64,000 nucleotides of DNA from Candidatus Parcubacteria bacterium. GTDB lineage: Bacteria; Patescibacteriota; Minisyncoccia; Phycocordibacterales; Zambryskibacteraceae. Location of the stretch: assembly GCA_019661785.1 (NCBI GenBank), contig JAIFWP010000003.1, positions 31,009 through 95,008 of the forward strand, given 5' to 3'. The notes under the pieces were generated by a model. It worked only from the letters and a program-made list of their open reading frames with translations, made no database searches and was not told where the DNA came from. Made by a program: the position numbers and the translations under genes. Each line of letters opens with the position of its first letter. Within the stretch, counting starts at the first letter, position 1. This document shows, piece after piece, positions 40,343 through 50,549 of the stretch.

Positions 40343-40415
40343 GCACCCTTAGCTCAGCTGGTAGAGCAGATCCCTCTTAAGGATAAGGTCGTTGGTTCGA
40401 TCCCAACAGGGTGCA
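40343..40415 (+). tRNA. tRNA-Lys(CTT)
   Basis: ATCC-CT CTT AA-GGAT; GGTTCGATCCC. Confidence 0.93.
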
Positions 40416-40500
40416 CAAGTGCGGGGCACTTGTGCAAGCCGGAGGCCGACGGGCCGAGGCGGGGTCGCACAAATCCCGAGCACGGGATTATGTGTGACCA
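40416..40500 (+). repeat. tRNA 3'-associated two-hairpin element, copy B (between tRNA-Lys and tRNA-Leu)
   Basis: AAGCCGGAGGCC-GACG-GGCCGAGGCGGGGTCGCACA-AATCCCG/CGGGATT-A-TGTGTGACC. Confidence 0.8.
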
Positions 40501-40503
40501 CAT

Positions 40504-40587
40504 GGGCGGGTGGTGAAATGGTAGACACGCCAGTTTTAGGAACTGGTTCCGCAAGGAGTGGAGGTTCAAGTCCTCTCCCGCCCACCA
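40504..40587 (+). tRNA. tRNA-Leu(TAG), CCA encoded
   Basis: CCAGT-TT TAG GA-ACTGG; long variable arm. Confidence 0.95.
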
Positions 40588-40690
40588 CATAGTTTGTATT
40601 TGACTTTTTTATATTTCGTGATACAGTCGAGCTAGTACCGGTCTTTAACACTGCTACACACTTATATGCGGCTCGTCCGCGGAGGGAGGG

Positions 40691-41977
40691 ATGGGAACCA
40701 TCGTATTGTTTCTGATTCTGCTCGGTATCTCCTACTTTGCCGTAGGATGGTTCGTGCGGAGATGCGCAAGAAGGATGCTGCCATCGGGCAAGAAGGATGC
40801 GGAAGGCAACGAAATTATGGTGCCGAAGCCTCTCTTCTGGTACTTCCAGCCGGCCAACACCACTGCTTACCAGCAGAAGGCAGGCAACGATGCCGACTCA
40901 ATCGGCAAAGGCTCGAAGGCCACACCAGGAAAAGGGAGCGGCATCCTGCATGTCACCCACGAAGTGCCGGGCAAAATCCTCGACAGGAGCGACCCCGACA
41001 ACACCAAGTGGACATTCGTTGACCGCGCGGCAGGCCAGTTTGAGACAGGCCACAGGAGTCGCAGAGGGCTCTTCTACTACCTCTACGGCGTGCACAGCCT
41101 GGGTCCGTGGAACGAGCTCCGCACCGTGAAGGTGCGCGAAGTCCGCCTCACTATCGACGAGGACGAGCTCAAGGCCTATCGCAAAGACATGGCGAAGTGG
41201 GAAGAAGGCGGCAAAGAAGGCCCAAAGCCCAAAGAGCCGACCTACCAGGAGCATGTCAAGGACTACGAAACCCTCTTCCCCTACTACTCACGCGAGCATG
41301 GGGTTGCGGTTCGGAAGTCCGAGACGACGGGCGCTTACCCGCTCGATGTCTACAACAATGTCATCTACGAGGAGACCCACCCAGTCAAGGCCCGGCTCGA
41401 AGTGGCCGACCCCAACGCTACGCTCGCCGAGTTCGTCGAGCAAAGCGTCAACACTGAGACGGGTGGTCACGTACCAGAGTACTTCGTCTCCGAGAAGCTC
41501 GTGAACGAGACTACCACTCTCACTTTGAGGGAGCGGAAGGCGGCGTTCATCGATACTGTTACGGCAGAAGTCGCCAAACAGGCTCTCGAAGGCATCGGAC
41601 TCAAGGTGAAGAAGTTCATCCTCTACTCCATCGACATGGACGAGGAGATGCGGAGGCTCCTCGAGCTTCAGCAGACGACGGAGCGAGAGGAGCAGGCACG
41701 GATACTCACCGCCAGACGCGAGGTCACGGTCGCAATCCAAACAGCTCGCAAAAGAGCCGTTGAGGCTGCAGGCGAGCGGCGAGCGGAAATCGAGTTGAAC
41801 ACGGCCGAAGCTGACCGTGTGGCGAGAGTCATCCTGCCTATCGCGCGTGAACCCCGGGCAGCCGCTGTACGATTCTTCGAGGCTTACGAGAACAACAAGA
41901 CAGTAACCTCATTCGCCATGGGTGGGGACTTGTCCAAGATGATGCCTGACAACATTATCGTTCCAGTGAGCAAGTAG
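40691..41977 (+). CDS. Membrane-anchored protein, possibly divergent SPFH/band-7 family
   Basis: N-terminal TM, GLKV....LYSID segment, Ala/Glu/Arg coiled coil; GGAGG SD. Confidence 0.5.
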   Translation: MGTIVLFLILLGISYFAVGWFVRRCARRMLPSGKKDAEGNEIMVPKPLFWYFQPANTTAYQQKAGNDADSIGKGSKATPGKGSGILHVTHEVPGKILDRSDPDNTKWTFVDRAAGQFETGHRSRRGLFYYLYGVHSLGPWNELRTVKVREVRLTIDEDELKAYRKDMAKWEEGGKEGPKPKEPTYQEHVKDYETLFPYYSREHGVAVRKSETTGAYPLDVYNNVIYEETHPVKARLEVADPNATLAEFVEQSVNTETGGHVPEYFVSEKLVNETTTLTLRERKAAFIDTVTAEVAKQALEGIGLKVKKFILYSIDMDEEMRRLLELQQTTEREEQARILTARREVTVAIQTARKRAVEAAGERRAEIELNTAEADRVARVILPIAREPRAAAVRFFEAYENNKTVTSFAMGGDLSKMMPDNIIVPVSK

Positions 41978-42100
41978 CAGTTTGCATTACTAGGGCCGGG
42001 AGACCTCGTCTCCCGGCCCTTTTGCTTGACAATACATTTTATAATGATATAATCCCAAAAGACTTTCAACCAACCGTTCATCTCATCTGTGGAGGTTCCT

Positions 42101-43063
42101 ATGTGGTTCAGAAAAAAGGATGCGGGGCCCAAAAGGCTCATGCCGAGGGGGCCCAAAGCCAAAAAGCCGAAAAGCCGCTTTAGGCTCTGGATGTCCGACC
42201 TTCCCTCGCGTGCAAGCACGAGGCTCGGGAAGAGCGCTGCATCGGCGAAGATCTTCTTCGCCGCTCGGTGGGCAAAGCTCGTGCCTTGGCTCAAGAGCAA
42301 GGCTCGCGTGCCAGACACAGGCCTGCCTGTCGGGATTATCGTGCAAGGCGTAGTAGCCATTGTAGTCGTCGCTATCCTGTGCTGGAAGGCGAGCGCGGCA
42401 ACCACGCACACGTGGGATAGCCTCAAGGCAATTCGCTGGCCCGTTCTGTCCCTGGCTTGGATTAGCGGAGTCGCCGTCGTACTCATGGCCTTGCTACTTA
42501 TCACTCTTGTCGTCATGAGACGCCGAGAGGCTAAGACAGCCCCAGCGCCGGAAGGACGTCCGTCTGCATCTACGTCAGGAACTCCCCCGCCGAAAAAGAA
42601 GAACGCGGGCAACGCACTCATTAACTTGGCGTTCAGCCTCGCAATCGTGGCGGCGCTCGTCTTCTTCGGTGTCCGCTTCTGGCAGATTTATCCAGAAGAG
42701 AAGCAGAAGGACAGGGAGTCGAAGGAGCGAATCGCCATTGCAGAGAGAGACCGAGTGGTCGGCTGCAAGACGAACGCCTGGGTAGACGGCTGCTCTACCC
42801 GTCCGAGGAAGTTCACCCGCATGATTTATGCGAGCGAACCGACCGAGGTCATCATGAATCCGGGTGACAAGCTCGTGTGGGTGGTCGACATCGGCCGCTG
42901 CAATGACTTGCTGACCTCGGCGCGCATGGAGGGCGAGTACAAGATCAGATCTTTCCGTACCAGACCGGGTGTCGACTCGCTGCAGGTGACCTTCCTCCTG
43001 CAGAAGACCGATGAACCTGAGAACCGCAAATGCGGCAAAACACCTACGACAGACATGTCGTAG
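42101..43063 (+). CDS. Hypothetical membrane protein (basic N-terminus, 3 TM, Cys-containing C-domain)
   Basis: TTGACA/TATAAT promoter at 42026-42053, GGAGG SD, palindrome over stop. Confidence 0.65.
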   Translation: MWFRKKDAGPKRLMPRGPKAKKPKSRFRLWMSDLPSRASTRLGKSAASAKIFFAARWAKLVPWLKSKARVPDTGLPVGIIVQGVVAIVVVAILCWKASAATTHTWDSLKAIRWPVLSLAWISGVAVVLMALLLITLVVMRRREAKTAPAPEGRPSASTSGTPPPKKKNAGNALINLAFSLAIVAALVFFGVRFWQIYPEEKQKDRESKERIAIAERDRVVGCKTNAWVDGCSTRPRKFTRMIYASEPTEVIMNPGDKLVWVVDIGRCNDLLTSARMEGEYKIRSFRTRPGVDSLQVTFLLQKTDEPENRKCGKTPTTDMS

Positions 43064-43095
43064 GTGTTTTTCTTTCCATTTATCTCCTTGTCAGC

Positions 43096-43362
43096 TTACT
43101 GGCTTAGGTATGCAGGATCTTTGAGGCCGAAGGTGCCAAGGACAACGTGGATGAGACCGTAGGCGCTAAACATGATGAGCATGCCGATGAGGCCGTAGAC
43201 TATTTTCTTTTTGCCCGTGTCTCTCTCTGCACCATCTCCGGCAGAGCGGATGAACTGGAAGAGCCCAATGAAGAAGACGACGAAGGCTATGCCAAACAGG
43301 AGAAGGATTATCGGGTTAAGGATAGCGTCGTTGAACTTGTTCAGGAATGGAGTTATATCCAT
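43096..43362 (-). CDS. TrbC/VirB2-like pilin
   Basis: Two hydrophobic helices joined by SAGDG...GKKKIVYGLIG. Confidence 0.75.
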   Translation of the reverse strand: MDITPFLNKFNDAILNPIILLLFGIAFVVFFIGLFQFIRSAGDGAERDTGKKKIVYGLIGMLIMFSAYGLIHVVLGTFGLKDPAYLSQ

Positions 43363-43373
43363 CTCCCAGTAGA

Positions 43374-43751
43374 CTAGTTAACTGTAGGGTTGATGCCAGG
43401 AACAGTAGGAAGCGAGCCGGATGAACCGCCAGTGCCGATACCAAGCGAGCTAGCTACGAACTTGACGAGGCCCCAGACTGCGACCATCACGAAGAGGGTG
43501 ACGATGCCGTAAATCATAATCTTCTTGCCCTCTTCCTTAGCCTCTTCGTTGCCTGCATTGAAGATGAACTTCATGAGACCCCAGAAGAATCCGAGGAGCG
43601 CAAGACCTACTACTATAGGAAGTGCTGTACCTACCCATCCAGCGACCGTGGTCATGAATGCGCTAAGGCCGGTCGTAGTGTTGGTAGTGGTTATCTGTGC
43701 CATGGCCAAACCCGGAGCGAGAGCGGCAAGAGCGATAATAATCTTTTTCAT
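43374..43751 (-). CDS. TrbC/VirB2-like pilin with signal peptide
   Basis: AMAQ signal; NAGNEEAKEEGKKIMIYGIV..FVMVAVWGLV. Confidence 0.78.
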   Translation of the reverse strand: MKKIIIALAALAPGLAMAQITTTNTTTGLSAFMTTVAGWVGTALPIVVGLALLGFFWGLMKFIFNAGNEEAKEEGKKIMIYGIVTLFVMVAVWGLVKFVASSLGIGTGGSSGSLPTVPGINPTVN

Positions 43752-43872
43752 TAACTCTGTACTTGTTATTTGTAATATACCCTGTGGTATCCCTCAATGA
43801 TACGCCCTTTTGGGCCAAATGCTACGCCTGAGCTGGCTGACCTGTGGACTATTAAGCTTGGCTTTAGACCAC

Positions 43873-44181
43873 CTACTTCGAAATAGGCACCTGGATAATA
43901 CCCGACACAGTGCCGCCAGTGCCGATGCCAAGCGACTCGGCTACGAACTTGACGAGGCCCCAGACTGCGACCATCACGAAGAGAGCGATGATACCCCAGA
44001 GCATGACACGCTTGCCCTCCTCCTGCGCCGACTCATCGCCCGCCTTGAAGACAAACTTCATGAGTCCAAAGAGGAAGGCTAGAAGCGCCAAAGCTACTGT
44101 AAGCGGTATAGCTCGGCTGATTATGGTATTGGTTGCCTGTATGGCTTGGAGTATGCCGGTTGCTGCTAGTTGGTTGAACAT
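43873..44181 (-). CDS. TrbC/VirB2-like pilin
   Basis: KAGDESAQEEGKRVMLWGII..FVMVAVWGLV. Confidence 0.78.
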   Translation of the reverse strand: MFNQLAATGILQAIQATNTIISRAIPLTVALALLAFLFGLMKFVFKAGDESAQEEGKRVMLWGIIALFVMVAVWGLVKFVAESLGIGTGGTVSGIIQVPISK

Positions 44182-44468
44182 TATTTTGAATGAGGTAATA
44201 AAGGTATCCCTAGTGACTTAGGCAAAGCAAGGCTCGTGTAAGCAAAGCTCAATATCCCCCACAGTGAGACCATGACGAAGAGTCCTACAAGGCCCCAAGT
44301 CATGAGACCCTTACCTTCCTCAAGGGCCTTCTCATCCCCACTTTTGAATATAAATGCCGCCAAGCCCTTGAAAAAGATGAGGAGCGACGCTCCGGCGATG
44401 AGCAGAAGCAAGGGGTTAATGATACCTATGAACAGGTTCACAAGCTCCTTCACGTTCGTGGGTGTCAT
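44181..44468 (-). CDS. TrbC/VirB2-like pilin
   Basis: KSGDEKALEEGKGLMTWGLVGLFVMVSLWG. Confidence 0.75.
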   Translation of the reverse strand: MTPTNVKELVNLFIGIINPLLLLIAGASLLIFFKGLAAFIFKSGDEKALEEGKGLMTWGLVGLFVMVSLWGILSFAYTSLALPKSLGIPLLPHSK

Positions 44469-44469
44469 C

Positions 44470-44850
44470 TTATTTTAGAGAGTTAATGGTGTTCTGCAGT
44501 ACAGTCGTGATAGCGGCCGCACCCAAGAGCACCGCCGTGCCTATGGCCGCGTATAGGAGAGCGGCCTTGGCAGTCTTTATCTGGCCCTCATCGCCGCCAG
44601 CCGTAACGAAGAGGAAGCCGGCCCAGATAAAGGCGACCACGGCGAGGACCGAGCCGATAGGAATGATGATTTTGTTTATGATAGCAGTGAAGAGGTCTGT
44701 CAGAGTGTTGCCTGCTCCCTTGAATGGATTCTCTAGCTTAGCTCCCACGTTTGAGTCAGAGCCTGAGTCAGCATGCACGGATACGAAGGACAAGAGCGAG
44801 AAGCAGATGAGGATGCCGAAGAGATATTTTTTCATCTGTTTTTGCATCAT
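44470..44850 (-). CDS. TrbC/VirB2-like pilin
   Basis: LENPF, WAGFLFVTAGGDEGQIKTAK...YAAIG. Confidence 0.8.
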   Translation of the reverse strand: MMQKQMKKYLFGILICFSLLSFVSVHADSGSDSNVGAKLENPFKGAGNTLTDLFTAIINKIIIPIGSVLAVVAFIWAGFLFVTAGGDEGQIKTAKAALLYAAIGTAVLLGAAAITTVLQNTINSLK

Positions 44851-45179
44851 GGAGCGCCAAGGATAGAGTATCCCTTATTCAAAAGCGCGTTGGTAATAGT
44901 ATATACGATGAGCCAGGCCGCCAGTATCCACACATAGCCGATAACCACCTTCATGAATATGCTCTTGGCCTCCTTTAGAGCTCCCGGGTCCCCGCCCGAA
45001 GTAAGGAGCTTGAAACCCGCATAGGCGAAAACTGCTGTCGCAAGGAGAGTAGAGATAATGACTAGGTCTTGTATCAGATTCTGCGACAGGAGAATGAGCT
45101 TCGCGTATGTACACGGATCTGCTTTCGTCCCATTGCACACTATGAGGTTAGCCCAGCCTGCAGCAAGATTGTTAATCAT
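44847..45179 (-). CDS. TrbC/VirB2-like pilin with Cys pair
   Basis: VC....DPCT, YAGFKLLTSGGDP...EAK..F..VVIG. Confidence 0.78.
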   Translation of the reverse strand: MINNLAAGWANLIVCNGTKADPCTYAKLILLSQNLIQDLVIISTLLATAVFAYAGFKLLTSGGDPGALKEAKSIFMKVVIGYVWILAAWLIVYTITNALLNKGYSILGAP

Positions 45180-46456
45180 TTTATAAGAGCGCTAAGAGCA
45201 CTGTTCGCTACATTCACTGCCTCCTCGACTCTCGCGCGACCCGAGGTCACAGACTCAGCCATGGTACCGAATATGGCCTTAGACTTGGCCGGGTTTGGGT
45301 CGAGCCAACCTCTCGCTTGGAGACCAGCGCCGTAGAAGACGAACCCAGCCTGGTCAACAGGTTTAGCAGAGAGAAGGTCTCGTCGAGCAGGTACATATGA
45401 GGACCCGGTAGTGAGGCCCGCTACACCCGACTTGCTTACGAGAGACAATGCGCCTTGCAGTGCTGTAGCAGGATCCTTGCTGCCACGAGAGATAGCTACT
45501 CCGTAGAGCCTGCCGAATGTGATGGCCTTGCCAGAGACTCTCGACTGCGGCACTGGAGCGATAGAGAGATTCAAGGTCGGGTTCTTGGCCTTGAGCACAG
45601 GCAGCTCGCTTGCGAAGCCGAGATACATGGCGGACTTGCCAGAGGCGAAGCTAGTATCAGCTGCGAGGAGAGAGCGGTTCCAAGTATTGAAGGATTTGGT
45701 CGGGTCAGAGAATTGGGTATAGAAACTAAGTGCCGACTGAGCCGGGCTCTCTACGGTGTTGGCGCCTTGGTTCATGACAGCGACTAGAGACTGTCCCGAG
45801 TACGCAGTTATAGGCGTACCCGCCTGGAGCATAAGGAGAGAGAGTATCTCCTTCTCATGGGGGATGTTCTTGACCTCACCGAGCGCTATGGCTGAAGAAG
45901 TAATGTTGCCCGCTCCATCCTTAGCGGTAAGCTTATTTATATATTCATATATCTCGTCCCAATACACGAGAGGCTTGGCGAGAGAAGCCTTGGAGAAGAG
46001 GTCTCTGTTCCAATACAAGACCATAGGGTCCACATATAAAGGGAGAGCGTAAGTGCCGCTCCCTGCTTGGAAGAGCTCTCCCTCCTCTATGAAGGTCGAG
46101 ACAAAGTCAGAAGGCGTCACGCTCGAGCTCGGTATAAGTAGAATCCTGCTCTTCTCTGTAAGCAGGCTCTCGACAGGGATGATGACGAGGTCTGGACCTC
46201 TGCCTTCAGCCAAGGCCTCAACGAAGTCAGTGTCGAGAGAGTCGGCGGACTTCTCTGTATAGTTGAAGGTAACTGTCTCGCTCTTGTCGAGCCCAGTGCC
46301 GGCAAGGAGATTGTCGAAGTCATAACTAGAGAGCGAACCCCAGACCGAAAGGTTGATCTGTGCGGTACTGCTCCCCTTCGAACGCGAGAAGAGGATAACA
46401 GCCAATATGATGAAGGCGCCGAAGACGATAAGGAGCCCTACTTGGAACTTACTCAT
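45176..46456 (-). CDS. Extracellular solute-binding protein (SBP family 1-like), membrane anchored
   Basis: LSVWG, AEGRGPDL, YALP..VDP.VLYWNRDLF, FASGKSAM. Confidence 0.85.
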   Translation of the reverse strand: MSKFQVGLLIVFGAFIILAVILFSRSKGSSTAQINLSVWGSLSSYDFDNLLAGTGLDKSETVTFNYTEKSADSLDTDFVEALAEGRGPDLVIIPVESLLTEKSRILLIPSSSVTPSDFVSTFIEEGELFQAGSGTYALPLYVDPMVLYWNRDLFSKASLAKPLVYWDEIYEYINKLTAKDGAGNITSSAIALGEVKNIPHEKEILSLLMLQAGTPITAYSGQSLVAVMNQGANTVESPAQSALSFYTQFSDPTKSFNTWNRSLLAADTSFASGKSAMYLGFASELPVLKAKNPTLNLSIAPVPQSRVSGKAITFGRLYGVAISRGSKDPATALQGALSLVSKSGVAGLTTGSSYVPARRDLLSAKPVDQAGFVFYGAGLQARGWLDPNPAKSKAIFGTMAESVTSGRARVEEAVNVANSALSALIK

Positions 46457-46461
46457 TAACT

Positions 46462-47004
46462 CTATTGTAGAGGCTTTTTGAAAATGAGGCCATAGTGGTG
46501 TTCCCCAGCCTCGAACTTCCTCTCGAAGTTGAGCCCGAGAGTGATAAAGAGCTCTTTGGCCTCTGTCTCGCTTGTAGGCTTCCTGTCACTTGCCTTTAAG
46601 GTGTCCGCGAGGAACGACAAGTCAGCCCACTCAACCACGCAGACCTTGCCTCCAGGGCGCAAAATGCGCACAGCCTCTCTTACCGCGCCCAGCTTGTCGC
46701 CTAGCTGGAAGAGGATATTGGAGAATATCACTCCATCGACGGCTCCATCTCGGAGCTTAGTGCCATGCGGCTTCTCTATGTCGCCATGGACGACCTCTAT
46801 GTTGCCGCGACCGCTCTTAAGAGCCTCACTTTTGAGCTTAACGAGCATATCCTCGCTTAGGTCTATGGCATATACGGCGCCGCTCTCGCCAAGAGACTTC
46901 GAGAGAGCGACAGCATAGTGCCCCGCCCCGCTGCCGAAGTCGGCCACCTTCTGCCCCGGCGTAAAGCCGAATTCCAAAACATTTCTCTCCGGATCAGTGA
47001 ACAT
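46462..47004 (-). CDS. Class I SAM-dependent methyltransferase
   Basis: VADFGSGAG, VYAID, RILRPGG. Confidence 0.9.
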   Translation of the reverse strand: MFTDPERNVLEFGFTPGQKVADFGSGAGHYAVALSKSLGESGAVYAIDLSEDMLVKLKSEALKSGRGNIEVVHGDIEKPHGTKLRDGAVDGVIFSNILFQLGDKLGAVREAVRILRPGGKVCVVEWADLSFLADTLKASDRKPTSETEAKELFITLGLNFERKFEAGEHHYGLIFKKPLQ

Positions 47005-47153
47005 ATATTAATTGTATCCTACTTCGCTCTCGCTACGCAGAACAAGTCAGATATTTGACAAGCATAGATAATAAGGATACAGTGAGCTGAGTAAGCACAA
47101 GCGTGGACACACGTCTTCACTTGGAGTCACCCGAACCTTTAGGAGATTTGCAG

Positions 47154-47618
47154 ATGAGAATGATACGCATTAGCGCAGTGCTCGGCTGCTTGGCAGCTCT
47201 CTCGCTCGCGGCACCCGCCGTGGCGCAGCAGAAGGTCTCCATGACGCTCCAGGCGCGCGAAGCCAGCAGTCAGGGCCTCGGAGGCCCCTCGGCCCTCATG
47301 TCGCTCTACGCGACGCCGGATAGCGCAAGCGGCGTCACCCGCGTGGTGAGCGTCGCGAAGGGCAAACCCTACACCCTCGACATGCGGCCGACCGGCGCGA
47401 ACCTGTGCCAGGTCTGGAATCCTGACCCCAGGGTTCAGAACTGGAGCAACATCGCGCTCGAGAACGGCGCCTACCACTCGAGGCAGATCGATAAGACGCA
47501 TTCATGGTATGGGAAGGACATCAACATGCGGTGCGGCGTCGCCCATGAGAACGAGCTCACTCACGCAATCGAGTTCTCTCAAGTCGCCGTCGCGAAGCTC
47601 ACCTTCGTAGCCAAGTAG
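47154..47618 (+). CDS. Secreted hypothetical protein
   Basis: Signal peptide ending AVAQ; TTGACA-17-TACAGT promoter at 47055; AGGAG SD; 14-bp hairpin after stop. Confidence 0.7.
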   Translation: MRMIRISAVLGCLAALSLAAPAVAQQKVSMTLQAREASSQGLGGPSALMSLYATPDSASGVTRVVSVAKGKPYTLDMRPTGANLCQVWNPDPRVQNWSNIALENGAYHSRQIDKTHSWYGKDINMRCGVAHENELTHAIEFSQVAVAKLTFVAK

Positions 47619-47725
47619 CGGAGCGAAGAAGGCGGAGAGCGGAGCTGTCCCCGGCACACACTTGTGTGTGCCGGGGATTTTCTATATTACTAAAAGAAAC
47701 TGAAGAATTATCTTGCGTCACGGAA

Positions 47726-47827
47726 AGAGCCGAAAGGATTTTCGAGCCTCTCGCAGCGCGACTGGCGCGAGAGAGCGAAATTTTCACCAGAAAATTATCG
47801 CGAGGCTAAGAAAATCTTTTCGGCTCT
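47726..47827. repeat. MITE/REP-like element with ~18-bp terminal inverted repeats enclosing the two-hairpin motif (copy C)
   Basis: AGAGCCGAAAGGATTTTC / GAAAATCTTTTCGGCTCT; inner GCGC-GACTG-GCGC and AATTTTC/GAAAATT-A. Confidence 0.7.
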
Positions 47828-47830
47828 GAA

Positions 47831-50290
47831 CTACAAGCAGATAAGCGAAGCCAAACTATCCCCTTCTCTCAATTTCATAATCCTGACTCCCTGAGTCGAG
47901 CGGCCGAGCACTGGCACTTCATTCAAATCCACTCGGACCACTTGAGACTTCTTCGATATAGCTATGACCTCAGACTCTTCCTCAGTCACTAGCTGCGAGG
48001 CCATCACCGGACCGGTCTTGGCTGTAACCTTCGAGGTCAGTATCCCTGAGCCTCCCCTGCCCTGTGTCTTATATTCGCCAAGATCAGTGCGCTTGCCGTA
48101 GCCGTTGCCAGAGATGACGAGGAGGCAAGCACCCTTCCACTTAGGCTTTATGATATGCGCTCCAACTACCTCATCCTTCTTATCGAGCTTAATAGCTCTA
48201 ACACCGCCAGCAGCACGACCCATCTCGCGGATGTCCGAATCCTTGAAGCGTATAGACATGCCCTCCTTGGTTACTATAGATATGTCGTCCCCCTTCTCCG
48301 CATGTCCGACAGCCATGAGCTTATCTCCGGCATCTAGGCGGATAGCGATGATGCCGCTAGCCCTTACATCGTGGAAGCTCTTGGCCGAGACGCGCTTGCC
48401 TGTGCCGTTCTTAGTCACAAGCACTAGCGAGCCCTCAATGTTCTTAAGCTCCTTCGGCATGGCGAGGATAGACGTCACCTTCTCGTCATCTGAGAGCGAG
48501 ATGAAGTTCATAATGGACTTACCCCTCGTAGCGCGCTTACCCTCCGGTATGTCATACATCTTTATCTGATAGGCCTTGCCCTTGTCGGTGAAGAAGAGAA
48601 GGTCCGAGTGCGTCGAAGCCGTGAGGAATATGGTGACGAAGTCCTCTTCCTTAGTATCGAGGTCGATGACGCCCACGCCTCCGCGCTTCTGTCTCTTGTA
48701 CTCATGAGGGTCTGTGCGCTTCACATATCCACCGCTCGTGAGGACGAGTGCTTGCTCCTCGTCAGGTATTAGGTCCTCGACTGATATAACCTTGGCTCCG
48801 CCCTTCACCACCTTGGTCCTGCGCTCGTCACCATACTTAGTCTGGATGTTTACTAGTTCGTCTTTCACCACGCTGCGAATCTTTTTTTGCGAGCCGAGCA
48901 AGTCCTTGAGTTCTGCAATGAGAGCTTGGACCTCCTTTAACTCGTCTTCTATCTTCTTCCTCTCAAGGCCGGCAAGCTTCTGCAAGCGCATCTCAAGAAT
49001 GGCGTTGGCCTGTAGCTCGCTAAACTTAAACTCCTTCATGAGCGCAGCTCTCGCATCGTCAACGGTCTTCGAGGCGCGTATGAGCTTAACAATGGCATCG
49101 ATATGGTCGAGGGCCTTCTTGAGTCCAAGGAGTATATGTTCGCGAGCCTCGGCTTGCGCAAGGTCGAAGGCCGAGCGGCGTCGCACCACCTCCTCTCGGT
49201 GCTTTATGAATTCGACAAGCATCGACTTCAAGCTCATGGTCTGCGGCACGCCGTCGACGAGGGCAACCAAGTTCACATGGAAGGTCTCTTCAAGCTGAGT
49301 ATGTTTATATAGAGCGTTCAAGACCTTCTGCGGCTGGCTGCCCTGCTTTAAGTCTATGGCGATGCGGATATCCTTGGTCGACTCGTCCCGGAGACCCTTC
49401 ACGCCTTCGATCTTCTTCTCTCTCACGAGGTCGGCAATCTTGCCTATGAGGTCGGCTTTGTTCACCCTATAAGGAATCTCGGTGATGATAATCTGATTGC
49501 CGCCCTTAGTCTCCTCCACAATCTCCGCCACTCCACGCATGAGGATGCCTCCGCGGCCAGTAGCATACGCGTGAGCAATGTCCTTCTGATTGAAAATGAT
49601 TCCGCCTGTTGGGAAGTCAGGACCCTTCACAAACTCCAAGAGGTCCTCAGTAGTAGCCTCAGGATCATTAATAAGCATGATGGTCGCGTCTATGACCTCG
49701 TTCATGTTGTGCGGAGGGATGTTCGTAGCCATACCAACGGCAATACCAAGAGTGCCGTTTAGGAGCAGGTTCGGCGCTGCTGAAGGCAAGACGACGGGCT
49801 CCTTCTTCGTCCCGTCGTAGTTGGGTCGGAAGTTCACCGTATCCTTCTCTATATCCGCAAGGAGCTCGCCCGCAACGCGAGACATCTTGGCCTCGGTGTA
49901 ACGATATGCGGCTGCGCCGTCGCCGTCTATGGAGCCAAAGTTACCCTGGCCGATGACAAGCGGATAGCGCGTAGCAAAGTCCTGCGCGAGCTTGACCATG
50001 GCGTCATATACAGACGCGTCGCCGTGCGGGTGGTACGAGCCGAGCACCTCTCCGACTACCGTAGCGCTCTTACGAGTCTTAGCCGAGGCCGAGAGGCCTA
50101 TCTGGTTCATGGCAAAGAGGATGCGGCGATGCACCGGCTTCAACCCATCTCGCACGTCAGGCAAGGCGCGGTCGGTGATGACCGACATAGCATAGTCGAT
50201 GAAGGACTCCTTCATCTCTGTCACGATGGACCTCGAGACGACCTTGTCCTGCCTGCCGGCAGGGATGTTTGTATCTTTAGTTTCCGCCAT
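47831..50290 (-). CDS. gyrA: DNA gyrase subunit A
   Basis: [22 protein letters not shown], GyrA-box QKRGGVG, beta-pinwheel repeats. Confidence 0.97.
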   Translation of the reverse strand: MAETKDTNIPAGRQDKVVSRSIVTEMKESFIDYAMSVITDRALPDVRDGLKPVHRRILFAMNQIGLSASAKTRKSATVVGEVLGSYHPHGDASVYDAMVKLAQDFATRYPLVIGQGNFGSIDGDGAAAYRYTEAKMSRVAGELLADIEKDTVNFRPNYDGTKKEPVVLPSAAPNLLLNGTLGIAVGMATNIPPHNMNEVIDATIMLINDPEATTEDLLEFVKGPDFPTGGIIFNQKDIAHAYATGRGGILMRGVAEIVEETKGGNQIIITEIPYRVNKADLIGKIADLVREKKIEGVKGLRDESTKDIRIAIDLKQGSQPQKVLNALYKHTQLEETFHVNLVALVDGVPQTMSLKSMLVEFIKHREEVVRRRSAFDLAQAEAREHILLGLKKALDHIDAIVKLIRASKTVDDARAALMKEFKFSELQANAILEMRLQKLAGLERKKIEDELKEVQALIAELKDLLGSQKKIRSVVKDELVNIQTKYGDERRTKVVKGGAKVISVEDLIPDEEQALVLTSGGYVKRTDPHEYKRQKRGGVGVIDLDTKEEDFVTIFLTASTHSDLLFFTDKGKAYQIKMYDIPEGKRATRGKSIMNFISLSDDEKVTSILAMPKELKNIEGSLVLVTKNGTGKRVSAKSFHDVRASGIIAIRLDAGDKLMAVGHAEKGDDISIVTKEGMSIRFKDSDIREMGRAAGGVRAIKLDKKDEVVGAHIIKPKWKGACLLVISGNGYGKRTDLGEYKTQGRGGSGILTSKVTAKTGPVMASQLVTEEESEVIAISKKSQVVRVDLNEVPVLGRSTQGVRIMKLREGDSLASLICL

Positions 50291-50549
50291 TGGTGAGTAT
50301 CTTGGTTAAGGAGAGCCAGCTAGACTCAATGCCGTGGAAGATGTTCTGGAAAGGAGTGACGCCTGAAGTTGGCACTGCGGCGAGATTCACTGCAGTGTCG
50401 GCGCTCTCTACAACCTTCGAAGGAGCAGCAAACATGATAGCCGACCAGAAAGCGAAGATAACCAAGGTCGTGCTACCTGCTGTGAGCAGAGCAAAGCGCT
50501 TCTTGTGGTGAAGGGGCTTCTTGTGCAACTCCATTATATATTTCTTCAT
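50277..50549 (-). CDS. Small single-TM hypothetical protein
   Basis: KP.HHKKRFA + TM; overlaps both neighbours. Confidence 0.6.
   Translation of the reverse strand: MKKYIMELHKKPLHHKKRFALLTAGSTTLVIFAFWSAIMFAAPSKVVESADTAVNLAAVPTSGVTPFQNIFHGIESSWLSLTKILTNGGN

Noticed and set aside
40349-40651. Small ORFs over the tRNA-Lys/tRNA-Leu region
   Set aside because: They overlap well-formed tRNA genes.
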